64,000 bases of DNA. It comes from Ignavibacteria bacterium. GTDB lineage: Bacteria; Bacteroidota; Ignavibacteria; UBA10030; SZUA-254. The translations under genes were made by a program, and so were the position numbers. The stretch covers positions 3,898-67,897 of the forward strand of contig JACOSX010000129.1 of the NCBI GenBank assembly GCA_016178625.1, given 5' to 3'. Within the stretch, counting starts at the first letter, position 1; each line of letters begins with the position of its first letter. The notes under the pieces were generated by a model. It saw only the letters and a program-made list of their open reading frames with translations. It was not told where the DNA came from and did not search any database. Below are positions 39,433 through 48,819 of the stretch, piece after piece.

Positions 39433-41524
39433 AAAACGCCGCCAGCTTCAATGCCGCCTGCAAGATATCGTCTTCCTGCAGAAGAACTGCTCGCTCAAGA
39501 ATTCTGGCGAACGGAACGGGAGAGTTCTTTGAGGCAACGCGCATCACCGGTGCATCGAGATACTGGAAACAATGCTCGGCAATGAGGGATACGATCTCTC
39601 CACCAAACCCACCGAAGAGCGGATGCTCGTGGGCAACCAACAGTCGTCCGGTTTTCTGAACCGACTGCTTGATCGTCTCAACGTCCAGCGGATTGATCGA
39701 ACGCAGGTCAACCACTTCCGCACTTATCTGGTGGTCATCTGACAACTTGTTTGAAACTCTGAGAGCGAAGTGGACTGGCGTTCCCCACGCAACGATGGTC
39801 AGGTCGGTACCTTCACGTCGGACGCGTGCCTTTCCGAAGGGGATAACGTGTTTCTCAGATGTCCGCGCCGTCTTCGTGAAGAACTGATTGTAGAGGAATT
39901 TGTTCTCGATGTAGATGGTCGGTCCCCGACTTCGCATTGCCATCCGCATCAACCCGGCGGCGTCGTCGGCGAACGAAGGCATGACGATTCGCAATCCGGG
40001 AATTGTCGCAAACGTCGCATCCAAACTCTGTGAATGATACAGGCCGCCACCGATATATCCGCCTGACGCCAGTCTGATGACGATGTTTGGAGTGAATTGT
40101 CCGTTGGTACGGTAATACTCGTGCGAGACTTCTATTAATTGCTCCATCGCAGGCCAGAAGTAATCGGCAAATTGAGCGCCTTCAATGACGACCCAGAGAT
40201 CGTCGCGGTAACGTGAGAATCCATCGGCGGTTCCAACGATAAAATCTTCCGCAATCGGTGCATTGAAGACGCGTCGATTCCCAAACTCCTGTTGCATCCC
40301 TTTTGTCACATTGAAGACTCCGCCTTTTTCCTTTGATGCAACATCCTGGCCCCAGAGAAATGTGTGAGGGTTGCGGCGGAATTCTTCTTTCAATGTTTCG
40401 TTGATGGCTTCCCGAAGTGTGAGCGATGGTGCATCAGGTGCATGACCTATACCTGTATCCTCATGAGTGTGCTCGTATGCTGAAGGAATCACAAACGCTG
40501 TAGAGGTGGAAGGATCGGGGTCGGCTTCACCCTCAACTTTGATCGCAGCTTCCTCTACTGCAAGAGTATTTTGATCTTCGATATTGGAAATTTCTTTTTC
40601 GGAAAGCTCATCATGGTCGAGGAGATATTGTCGCAATCGTTTCACAGGGTCGGACTGTTGCGCCGTGGCGATCTCCTCAGGCGAGCGATACAGTTCTTGA
40701 CGATCTGAGTTGCTATGCGAGTTGAGACGGACACAGTCGGCATGAAGAATCGCGGGACCTTCCCCCGATTTGACATAATCGAGCGCTTCTTGCATTCCTC
40801 TCCATGAGTCAAAGACACTCGTGCCATCCACATTGACGATCTTCGCCGTCTTGAATCCGGAAAAATTCTCTCCAATGTTCTTGTTCGCCGCCTGCTCGCT
40901 GATCGGGACGGAGATGCCGTACTTGTTGTTCTGGATGACGAAGACGACCGGCAGCAGTTCACGCGCCGCGCCGCTAATCGCTTCGTACACAAATCCCTCT
41001 GAAGCAGCGGAGTCACCGAAGCTGGCGAAGGCGAGTTCATCACCATCGTATTTCTTGATTGCACGCGCAACACCTACGGCGTGAAGTGCATGGTTGCCCG
41101 TCGCCGATGAGACGCTCTGAATCCTGATGGACGGCTTCGAAAAATGATTGCTCATGTGCCGTCCGCCGGAGCCGACGTCCTTCGCCTTCGAGAGACCGTT
41201 CTCAATGATTTCTTCGATGGTTAATCCGGCAGCAAGCGATGTCATCAAGTCGCGATAGTAGGGAAACAAGAAATCTTTTCCCTGTCGGAAGGAGAGACCG
41301 AGAATCAGTTGGATGCCTTCATGCCCAGCACAAGAGGAATGATATGACCATCCTTTCGACTGTCGGACATACGTCGCCGCTTTCAGATCAAGCAGTCTGC
41401 CCAAATGGATGAGCTGGTACCAGTGCCGCAGCGTCTTGGAATGTACGGTGATGCCGGTATCCAAGAGCGGCATATAAGTGATTGCTTCGAGTTGGGGTTT
41501 CGTGTTTACTTCCTTCCCAGCCAT
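39431..41524 (-). CDS. 2-oxoacid dehydrogenase E1, fused alpha/beta (branched-chain type likely)
   Basis: PYYRD, GRHMSNH, TPP motif GDSA...QNNKYGIS, HSNSD, RVFNAPIAE, GGLYHSQ and EVVDLRS; start MAGKEV at 41524. Confidence 0.92.
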   Translation of the reverse strand: MAGKEVNTKPQLEAITYMPLLDTGITVHSKTLRHWYQLIHLGRLLDLKAATYVRQSKGWSYHSSCAGHEGIQLILGLSFRQGKDFLFPYYRDLMTSLAAGLTIEEIIENGLSKAKDVGSGGRHMSNHFSKPSIRIQSVSSATGNHALHAVGVARAIKKYDGDELAFASFGDSAASEGFVYEAISGAARELLPVVFVIQNNKYGISVPISEQAANKNIGENFSGFKTAKIVNVDGTSVFDSWRGMQEALDYVKSGEGPAILHADCVRLNSHSNSDRQELYRSPEEIATAQQSDPVKRLRQYLLDHDELSEKEISNIEDQNTLAVEEAAIKVEGEADPDPSTSTAFVIPSAYEHTHEDTGIGHAPDAPSLTLREAINETLKEEFRRNPHTFLWGQDVASKEKGGVFNVTKGMQQEFGNRRVFNAPIAEDFIVGTADGFSRYRDDLWVVIEGAQFADYFWPAMEQLIEVSHEYYRTNGQFTPNIVIRLASGGYIGGGLYHSQSLDATFATIPGLRIVMPSFADDAAGLMRMAMRSRGPTIYIENKFLYNQFFTKTARTSEKHVIPFGKARVRREGTDLTIVAWGTPVHFALRVSNKLSDDHQISAEVVDLRSINPLDVETIKQSVQKTGRLLVAHEHPLFGGFGGEIVSLIAEHCFQYLDAPVMRVASKNSPVPFARILERAVLLQEDDILQAALKLAAF

Positions 41525-41734
41525 GATGATCGATCTATTGCAACTTGTTTTCTCGTTTTCCAAACACAGCATAAAGATAGAAAAATTTTTTGTTAAGGCA
41601 AATTTTAGTATATTTCCACCTCGCAAGTCGTTTTCCATCAATATGATAACGAGATAGCATAACGGTGGGTAACGATGATGCAAACAGCATGTGTACGTTA
41701 TCGGCACTTCACAACCACCATCAATAGTACGAGC

Positions 41735-42532
41735 ATGGCACAAAAAGTTTTAAACATCCTATTCATTGGAGACATCGTCGGAAAACCGGGGCTCGATCTC
41801 GTCGAGACGCTCATCAAGAGCTATGTCCAGAAATATGAGATTGATTTCTGCATCGCCAACGGAGAAAACCTTGTTGATGGCAAAGGGATCAATGAAGAAG
41901 CAGCCACCAAGGTGTTCAGTCTCGGCGTCCATGTCATCACGGGCGGAAACCATCTGTGGGATAACTGGCATGCGCGGAAACTTCTTGGAGCCAATAGGAA
42001 TGTTCTTCGCCCGTTAAACTATCCGGCGGAGAATCCCGGCAACGGGTACGTCGTCTACGATCTCGGCGAGAAAGGAAAAGTTGGTGTTCTGAATTTACAA
42101 GGTCGCGTCTATATGCAGACGATCGATTGTCCGTTTAAGAAGGCCGATTGGGCTGTCGGGAGGATCACTGAGCAAACGAAGGTCATCTTTCTTGATATGC
42201 ACGCCGAAGCGACGGCAGAGAAAATGGCGCTTGGGTGGCATCTTGACGGTCGCATCACTGCGATGGTGGGAACGCACACACATATCCAGACGGCGGACGC
42301 GCGGATATTACCGCGAGGAACGGCGTACATTACCGATGTCGGCATGACCGGTCCCTATGATTCCGTGATCGGATTGAAAAAAGAAATCGCCATCCGTCGG
42401 TTCCTCCACCAAACACCGTACAAGTACGAGATGGCATCACACGATGTGAGACTTGCCGGTGTGTATCTCCAGGCAGACGCGGAAAGCGGGAAGGCGTTGA
42501 AGTTCGAGAGTTTTATGTACCCGAAGTTTTAG
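41735..42532 (+). CDS. YmdB-like metallophosphoesterase (TIGR00282)
   Basis: IGDIVGKPG, ANGEN, TGGNH, LRPLNYP, DMHAEATAEK, GTHTHIQTAD and TDVGMTGP motifs. Confidence 0.93.
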   Translation: MAQKVLNILFIGDIVGKPGLDLVETLIKSYVQKYEIDFCIANGENLVDGKGINEEAATKVFSLGVHVITGGNHLWDNWHARKLLGANRNVLRPLNYPAENPGNGYVVYDLGEKGKVGVLNLQGRVYMQTIDCPFKKADWAVGRITEQTKVIFLDMHAEATAEKMALGWHLDGRITAMVGTHTHIQTADARILPRGTAYITDVGMTGPYDSVIGLKKEIAIRRFLHQTPYKYEMASHDVRLAGVYLQADAESGKALKFESFMYPKF

Positions 42533-42544
42533 AAACCGAAATCC

Positions 42545-42610
42545 GATTCACGGTTCACGATTCATGATTCAAGCGTTGTTCTCTTACAAACGGGACCTGA
42601 ATCTTGAATC
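42545..42610. repeat. Inverted 7-mer arrays with no enclosed gene
   Basis: gattcac ggttcac gattcat gattcaa ... ctgaatc ttgaatc. Confidence 0.7.
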
Positions 42611-42626
42611 AACTATCGCTACTACT

Positions 42627-43517
42627 ATGACTGCAGTTATCATCGACGGTAAAAAAATAGCTGAAGACATCAAACGAGAAGTAAAGCGTGAGACGGAGAA
42701 GCTCAACGCCGACAAGGGGATCACTCCTGGTTTAGCCTTTATTCTCGTTGGAGATAACCCTGCTTCACAAGCGTATGTGCGGATGAAGGGAAAAGGATGT
42801 GAAGAGATGGGTTTTTATTCCATCACGGAGAGGCTCCCCGCAGAGACTACACAAGAACACTTGCTTCAGCTCATCGACAAGTTCAATCGAGATCCGAACA
42901 TTCATGGTATCCTCGTCCAGCTCCCGTTGCCTAAACATATCAGCGAGGAACACGTTCTCACTGCCATTGATTATCGAAAGGATGTCGACGGATTTCATCC
43001 GATTAACGTGGGAAAGCTCGTTATCGGGCAGGAGTGTCTCAAGCCATGTACGCCTCTTGGCGTGCAGGAACTTCTCGTGCGCAGCGGTAACGATCCTTCC
43101 GGAAAACACGTCGTTGTGGTTGGACGCAGCAATATTGTCGGCAAACCGGTGTTGAATATCCTTCTCCAAAAACAGAAAGGTGCTAACGCGGTTGTCACGA
43201 TTGCGCACACAGGAGCGAAAGACACTTCACAATACACGAGGCAAGCTGATATCGTGATTGCGGCGATGGGTCGACCGGAATGCATCACAGGCGAAATGAT
43301 TAAGCCAGGTGCTGTGGTGATTGATGTCGGGATCAATCGCATCGACGATACTACTGCCAAGAACGGTTATCGACTTGTGGGAGATGTACATTTTGCTTCG
43401 GCAGCAGCAGTCGCGAGTGCAATCACGCCGGTTCCCGGTGGCGTAGGACCGATGACGATTGCGATGCTGTTGAGGAACACTCTTCTCGCTGCGGCTGGTA
43501 CTTTATACCATGAATAA
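42627..43517 (+). CDS. folD: Methylenetetrahydrofolate dehydrogenase/cyclohydrolase
   Basis: IIDGK, YVRMK, GILVQLPLP, KDVDGFHP, PCTP.G, GRSNIVGKP and TPVPGGVGPMT motifs. Confidence 0.97.
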   Translation: MTAVIIDGKKIAEDIKREVKRETEKLNADKGITPGLAFILVGDNPASQAYVRMKGKGCEEMGFYSITERLPAETTQEHLLQLIDKFNRDPNIHGILVQLPLPKHISEEHVLTAIDYRKDVDGFHPINVGKLVIGQECLKPCTPLGVQELLVRSGNDPSGKHVVVVGRSNIVGKPVLNILLQKQKGANAVVTIAHTGAKDTSQYTRQADIVIAAMGRPECITGEMIKPGAVVIDVGINRIDDTTAKNGYRLVGDVHFASAAAVASAITPVPGGVGPMTIAMLLRNTLLAAAGTLYHE

Positions 43518-43648
43518 GTTCTTCTGCCAGCTTCGTTTCTGAAGGTGATTCTCCTCATCTCTTTCCTTGCTTCTTATACCCTTTTTTGATAATTTGGTGC
43601 TCGCAATGGTCGCATGCAGCTACTCATTCATTCTGGGAACCGACTTCT

Positions 43649-44584
43649 GTGGGCGAGCAAAAACAGTACGTAATCGGGATCGATGGCGGAGGCACAAAGA
43701 CGCATGCACTCCTCGTCGACATGGAAGGCACGGTGCTGGCAGAATGTACCGGGGGTCCTACACACCTTCAAAATGTCGGGGTGAAACAGGCAGCAGCTGT
43801 ACTCTTTGATCTCATCAAAGGATGTTGTGATAAGGTGGCGTCTGACGCGCAGCCTGTACAAAGCGTCGTCATTGGTATCGCGGGAGCCGGGCGCGCCGCC
43901 AATAAACTTGAGCTCACCAACGCGCTTCTTGGGCTGAGCCTGAAGAAAAAGTTTCCGTTGAAGAATGTCACTGTCGAGTCGGATGTCCGGATCGCGCTCG
44001 AAGCGGCATTCGCCGGTGGACCCGGTGTTGTTGTCATTGCCGGCACTGGCTCCATCGCTTTCTACCGGACTGAGGATGGGAAGCTTCTCCGCGCCGGTGG
44101 GTGGGGAAATATCCTCGGTGATGAAGGAGGCGGCTTCGCGATCGGACGAGACGCACTCAACGCGGTGATGCGCCAACACGATGGACGAAGTGAGAAAACC
44201 CTCCTCACCAAGAAGGTGTTCGAACATTTTAGCATTTCCACTGTTGACGATCTGATCGCGAAAGTGTATCACGAGCATGTTGATGTCGCGTCATTCGCTC
44301 CAAAAGTGTTTGATGCCGTTGTCGAGCGCGACCGCGTGGCACATATGATCCTTGTGAAAAATGCCAATGAATTGGTTGAATTGGTTCGTGTTCTGATGAT
44401 GCAGGTTCGACCCAAAAAGAAACTCCCTGTCGCCTTGATGGGAGGGCTTCTCGAATCCGAGAATGTGTATTCTAAAATGGTCAAAGAAAAAATTGCTCAC
44501 TCGCTTCCTCAAGTGGTCGTTCAGAAACCGAAATTTCTCTCTGCATTCGGTGCAGCTATTCTCGGATTACATGCCTTTCATTAG
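43649..44584 (+). CDS. BadF/BadG-type sugar kinase (GlcNAc/MurNAc kinase-like)
   Basis: IGIDGGGTKT, GIAGAG, IAGTGS and RAGGWGNILGDEGGG motifs; start uncertain (GTG 43649 chosen). Confidence 0.88.
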   Translation: MGEQKQYVIGIDGGGTKTHALLVDMEGTVLAECTGGPTHLQNVGVKQAAAVLFDLIKGCCDKVASDAQPVQSVVIGIAGAGRAANKLELTNALLGLSLKKKFPLKNVTVESDVRIALEAAFAGGPGVVVIAGTGSIAFYRTEDGKLLRAGGWGNILGDEGGGFAIGRDALNAVMRQHDGRSEKTLLTKKVFEHFSISTVDDLIAKVYHEHVDVASFAPKVFDAVVERDRVAHMILVKNANELVELVRVLMMQVRPKKKLPVALMGGLLESENVYSKMVKEKIAHSLPQVVVQKPKFLSAFGAAILGLHAFH

Positions 44585-47471
44585 CCGAAAATTCGCTTTC
44601 ATCGCATTCACCCTTCTTGTCGGAGCCTGGCTCTCAGGTTGCGCTCCGCAGCCTGTCATGAAGGAACGCGCGAAGGCCGAGTGGATCGAACAAACTTTGA
44701 AGCGACTCACGCTCGAAGAGAAGATCAGTCAGATGATCATGTCGCGTGCTTACGGCTATTACTACAGTAACGAGAGCGATGAGTTCCGCCGACTTGACCA
44801 TCTTGTTAAGGATCATAAAGTTGGCGGACTGATTTTCTTCCAAGGCGATGTCTTCGAGACCGCTACCCTCGTCAACCGAATGCAAGAGAGAGCAGATGTG
44901 CCGTTGCTCATCGCGTCTGATTTCGAGTGGGGGACGGCGATGCGTATTCGGCGTGCGACCCGCTTCCCGGAGGCAATGGCTCTTGGCGCTACGCGAGATA
45001 CCCTTCTCGCCTTTCAGCTGGGAAAAGCAACAGGAGAGGAAACACGCGCAATCGGAGTGCATGTAGACTTCGCACCGGTTGCTGACGTGAACGTTAACCC
45101 CAACAACCCGGTCATCAACACGCGATCGTTCGGTGAGAATCCGAACCTCGTTGGCGATATGGCGAAGTCGTTTGCTGCAGGATTGCAATCAGCGGGAGTG
45201 CTGGCGACTGCGAAACACTTTCCCGGTCATGGAGATACCCAAGTCGATTCACACCTTGACCTTCCGAGGATAACTGTGAGTCGTGGAAGATTGGATAGTG
45301 TTGAACTCATCCCCTTTAAATCCGTCATTGATCGTGGAATCGCGGCGGTGATGATCGCGCATCTTGAAGTTCCAGCGGTTGAGTCGAACAGCGCGCTCCC
45401 TGCCACACTCTCACCGACGATTATTCAAGGTCTGCTACGTCGTGAGTTGGGATTCAATGGTCTTGTTGTCACCGATGCGCTGGATATGGGGGCAGTGGTG
45501 AAAGGATTTGGCTCGGATTCAGCGGCAGTGAGAGCTGTTGAAGCAGGAGCAGATATTCTGCTGATACCTCAGGATGAGGATGAAGCAGTAACTGCCGTCA
45601 TGAATGGGGTGAGAGCCGGGAGAATCCCACAGGAAAGGATAAACACATCCGTAAGAAAGATATTAGGATACAAGTGGGATCTCGGTCTTGCGCAAAAACG
45701 AACGATCGACATGGACAAGATTCCGGACGTTGTGGCGACTCCTCAACACCTGTCTCTCGCGAAACAGATCGCCCGTAAGGCGATCACTGTCTTGAAGAAT
45801 GATTCGATCTTGCCATTACCAAGATTCGATCAGAAAAAAATCTTGAATGTGGTGGTGGCTGATCAGGAGAACTACCGGACGGAGATCCACCGCTCGTCCT
45901 CGCAGTGGCCTAACGAGCCTGTGGGTGAATACTTCAACGTACAGTTCCGAAAGCGATATCTCAATCTGCAAACCGCCCACGTCGATCCGTCCAGCGACTC
46001 ATTGGATTTTTTGTCGATTCTCAAGAAAGCGAAGTCGAGCGATGTCATTGTGTGTCCGGTGTTCTCTAAAGCTCGGTCGGGATCAGGGCAGTTCGGTTTT
46101 CCACAGGAACTCATTAAATTTGTGAACGACATGATCGCGCTCAAGAAACCGACGATCATGATAACCATGGGGAGCCCATATATTCTCAATGTCTTCCCGA
46201 ACGCAAACGCGTATCTCTGCTCATACTCAGACGCAGAAGTCTCTACCGAGGCGACGCTGGAGGCATTGTTCGGAGAAGTCCCGGCAAGCGGTAGGCTACC
46301 GGTGACCATTCCCGACATGTTTCCTTATGGCAGCGGGATTGACGTTCCGCAATCCGTCGTGCGCCGAGATTTTCCGGAAGCTCTGGGATTTGATCGCGAT
46401 AGTCTCACCCGCATTGACTCGATCATCGCTAAAGCAATTCATGATTCTGCATTTCCCGGGGCACAAGTCTTGGTCGCGAAAGATGGTGCGATCGTTTACA
46501 ACAAATCATTTGGAACTCTCGAGTATTCGACAAGTAATGCACACGTGAGCACTAATACGATGTATGATCTTGCTTCACTGACCAAGGTCGTTGCTACGAC
46601 ATCTGCGATCATGAAGTTGTATGATGAAGGGAAGATTCAACTTGATGACAAAGTCATAAAGTATATTCCCGAGTTCGCCAATCATGGCAAGGGAACGATC
46701 ACGCTGCGAAATCTTCTCAGCCACACGGGTGGATTGCCGCCCTTCAAGCGCTTGTTCCTCACGTGCAAATCGCCACAAGAGGTCTTGGATTCCGTCTATC
46801 AAACTGAGATGATGTACAAGCCCGGTGACTCGACGGTATACAGTGACTTTGATTTTATCCTCCTCGGAAAAATTATAGAGCGAGTAACGGGTGTTCCACT
46901 CGATCGCTATGTCGATTCGACGTTCTTCAAGCCTTTGGGAATGACTTCAACGATGTTCAATCCATCGAAATCATTGTGGGAGAATATCGCACCGACGGAG
47001 TTCGATTCAGCCTATCGCAAGCAGCTTGTGCGCGGGGTTGTTCATGATGAAAACGCGTATGCGCTCGGTGGAATATCGGGCCATGCCGGTCTGTTTTCAA
47101 CTGCATCCAACCTCGCGGTGTTCATGCAGATGGTGTTGAATGAAGGAAGCTACGGTGGTAGACAATACCTGAACTCCCAAACAATAAGGCTCTTCACGAC
47201 CAAGCAGAACTCGAAAAGTACTCGCGCCCTTGGATGGGATACGAAGACGATCAATGGTTACAGCACTGCCGGGAAGCTGTTCGGCGAGACATCGTTTGGT
47301 CATACTGGATTTACGGGCACCTCCATCTGGGCTGATCCTGCAAAGAAAATTTTTGTTATATTCTTGACCAACCGTGTTTATCCAACCCGGGGCAACACCA
47401 GGATTACTCCAGTACGCCCGGCCGTGCATGATGCCGTCATTCGTGCCCTTATAAGTAATACCCCGAAGTAA
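44571..47471 (+). CDS. Lipoprotein: GH3 beta-N-acetylglucosaminidase fused to a beta-lactamase-family serine hydrolase
   Basis: Lipobox LSGC; NagZ motif KHFPGHGDTQVDSH and TDALDM; C-terminal DLASLTK (SxxK), LLSHTGGL, YSD and GHTGFTG. Confidence 0.92.
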   Translation: MPFISRKFAFIAFTLLVGAWLSGCAPQPVMKERAKAEWIEQTLKRLTLEEKISQMIMSRAYGYYYSNESDEFRRLDHLVKDHKVGGLIFFQGDVFETATLVNRMQERADVPLLIASDFEWGTAMRIRRATRFPEAMALGATRDTLLAFQLGKATGEETRAIGVHVDFAPVADVNVNPNNPVINTRSFGENPNLVGDMAKSFAAGLQSAGVLATAKHFPGHGDTQVDSHLDLPRITVSRGRLDSVELIPFKSVIDRGIAAVMIAHLEVPAVESNSALPATLSPTIIQGLLRRELGFNGLVVTDALDMGAVVKGFGSDSAAVRAVEAGADILLIPQDEDEAVTAVMNGVRAGRIPQERINTSVRKILGYKWDLGLAQKRTIDMDKIPDVVATPQHLSLAKQIARKAITVLKNDSILPLPRFDQKKILNVVVADQENYRTEIHRSSSQWPNEPVGEYFNVQFRKRYLNLQTAHVDPSSDSLDFLSILKKAKSSDVIVCPVFSKARSGSGQFGFPQELIKFVNDMIALKKPTIMITMGSPYILNVFPNANAYLCSYSDAEVSTEATLEALFGEVPASGRLPVTIPDMFPYGSGIDVPQSVVRRDFPEALGFDRDSLTRIDSIIAKAIHDSAFPGAQVLVAKDGAIVYNKSFGTLEYSTSNAHVSTNTMYDLASLTKVVATTSAIMKLYDEGKIQLDDKVIKYIPEFANHGKGTITLRNLLSHTGGLPPFKRLFLTCKSPQEVLDSVYQTEMMYKPGDSTVYSDFDFILLGKIIERVTGVPLDRYVDSTFFKPLGMTSTMFNPSKSLWENIAPTEFDSAYRKQLVRGVVHDENAYALGGISGHAGLFSTASNLAVFMQMVLNEGSYGGRQYLNSQTIRLFTTKQNSKSTRALGWDTKTINGYSTAGKLFGETSFGHTGFTGTSIWADPAKKIFVIFLTNRVYPTRGNTRITPVRPAVHDAVIRALISNTPK

Positions 47472-47517
47472 CTCTTCAGTCTCGGAGGTTTGATCAAGAA
47501 ACCAAAGAAAGGCTCCT

Positions 47518-48808
47518 ATGGCAATCTGTGTCCGCGTCTTTGTGTTTTTCATTCTGCCATCCTGCGCTGCGATCGCACAAGACAGTGTTTCGATTTCTGA
47601 TTTCCGATATCCGGAGACACAAGCAATCGACTGGAAGGGCAACGCAACCGGTTATTTTAACAGCGGGAGCAGAGAAGGTAATTCATTTCGATCTTCGATG
47701 TACCCCCGATAGAAGAGATCAAACAGAAAATGACACAGGGGTCGTTCGACGGGATGAATCGAACGATCGCAGCTGGTCGGGTGCCCTTGGTGCAAGTTGG
47801 TCGGTTCTTCATTATCTTTCCGATGATGGATTCCATTTGATGACGAGATTATCATCGGGCGTTTCTGGTTCCTATTCAAAGTTGAATTTGGTGACGAATC
47901 GTTCTCAAGCACAAACGAGTGAAGAGGAAATCCGTAAGTCCTATTCCCTTCATTTCCAAGGATCACTCGCCATCGGTTACGGAAGAATCCGCGATGGATC
48001 GTTTATCTATCGTGCATTGAGGGTGGTTGAACGTTTACGTGAAGATGGCGTTGTTAATCGTCAGTTGAGCAGGAGTGAGATGCTTGATCTTGCTGATCGT
48101 CTTGCTCGTAGAAGGGACTATACAACCAATTTCGAACGATACGAAAAGTATTTTGTTCAGGATATCATCGCCGAGCTGGCTGAGCGGGGGGCGCTCGGAT
48201 CGCAGCAACTCACGGGGCTTTCTACGCTAAAGATTGTCGAGGCACTCCGTCAAGATATCCAGTCGCGGCTCTTCGGTTGGAGGGTGTATTACGCATTCAA
48301 TGATACCCATGATCAATCTCGTTCTGATGGACAGACAATCGTCGCAGGATCAAGTGCAGTCGGCTACGACCAGTTCAACAACGACTGGATATATGTGCAC
48401 GAAGTTGGTGCTGAGTTTGGTTACCCTTTCTCCCTGTTCACGCATCTATATTCTAAGTTCAAGGTGGAGTTACCGAATCATCATTATGATACGCGATTTT
48501 TTATGAGACTCACCACCACATTGACTCATGAAATTGGAGAAAGAGTCGAGCTGGGTGGAAGTGTCGACTTTACAAATGGCTCCGGTTCTGTTTACAGCTA
48601 TGACGTTGACCAGTACACGAGAGCCACGTCTTACACAATTTCGGGAAATTTTGTATATTTCCTTGAGGATCAATTGCGATTTATTACTAGTATGAGTTAT
48701 GGGAACTATCGCTCTGATGGATACGGAGTTAAGCCACCCTATTTCCCAGCATCTTATACGTCTTCAGGCTTTTCATTTTCATTTGGTCTAACATACAACA
48801 TTATTTAA
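47518..48808 (+). pseudogene. Outer-membrane beta-barrel-like protein split by a frameshift near 47700-47712
   Basis: The signal-peptide frame (MAICVRVF...AIAQDSVS) stops at 47712; the beta-strand-rich remainder continues in the +1 frame to FSFGLTYNII. Confidence 0.6.
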
Positions 48809-48819
48809 GAAGGACATCC

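Noticed and set aside
41645-41702. Structured ncRNA upstream of the ymdB-like gene (gataacg...cgttatc)
   Set aside because: Only a 7-bp inverted repeat, with no resemblance to 6S or another known RNA.
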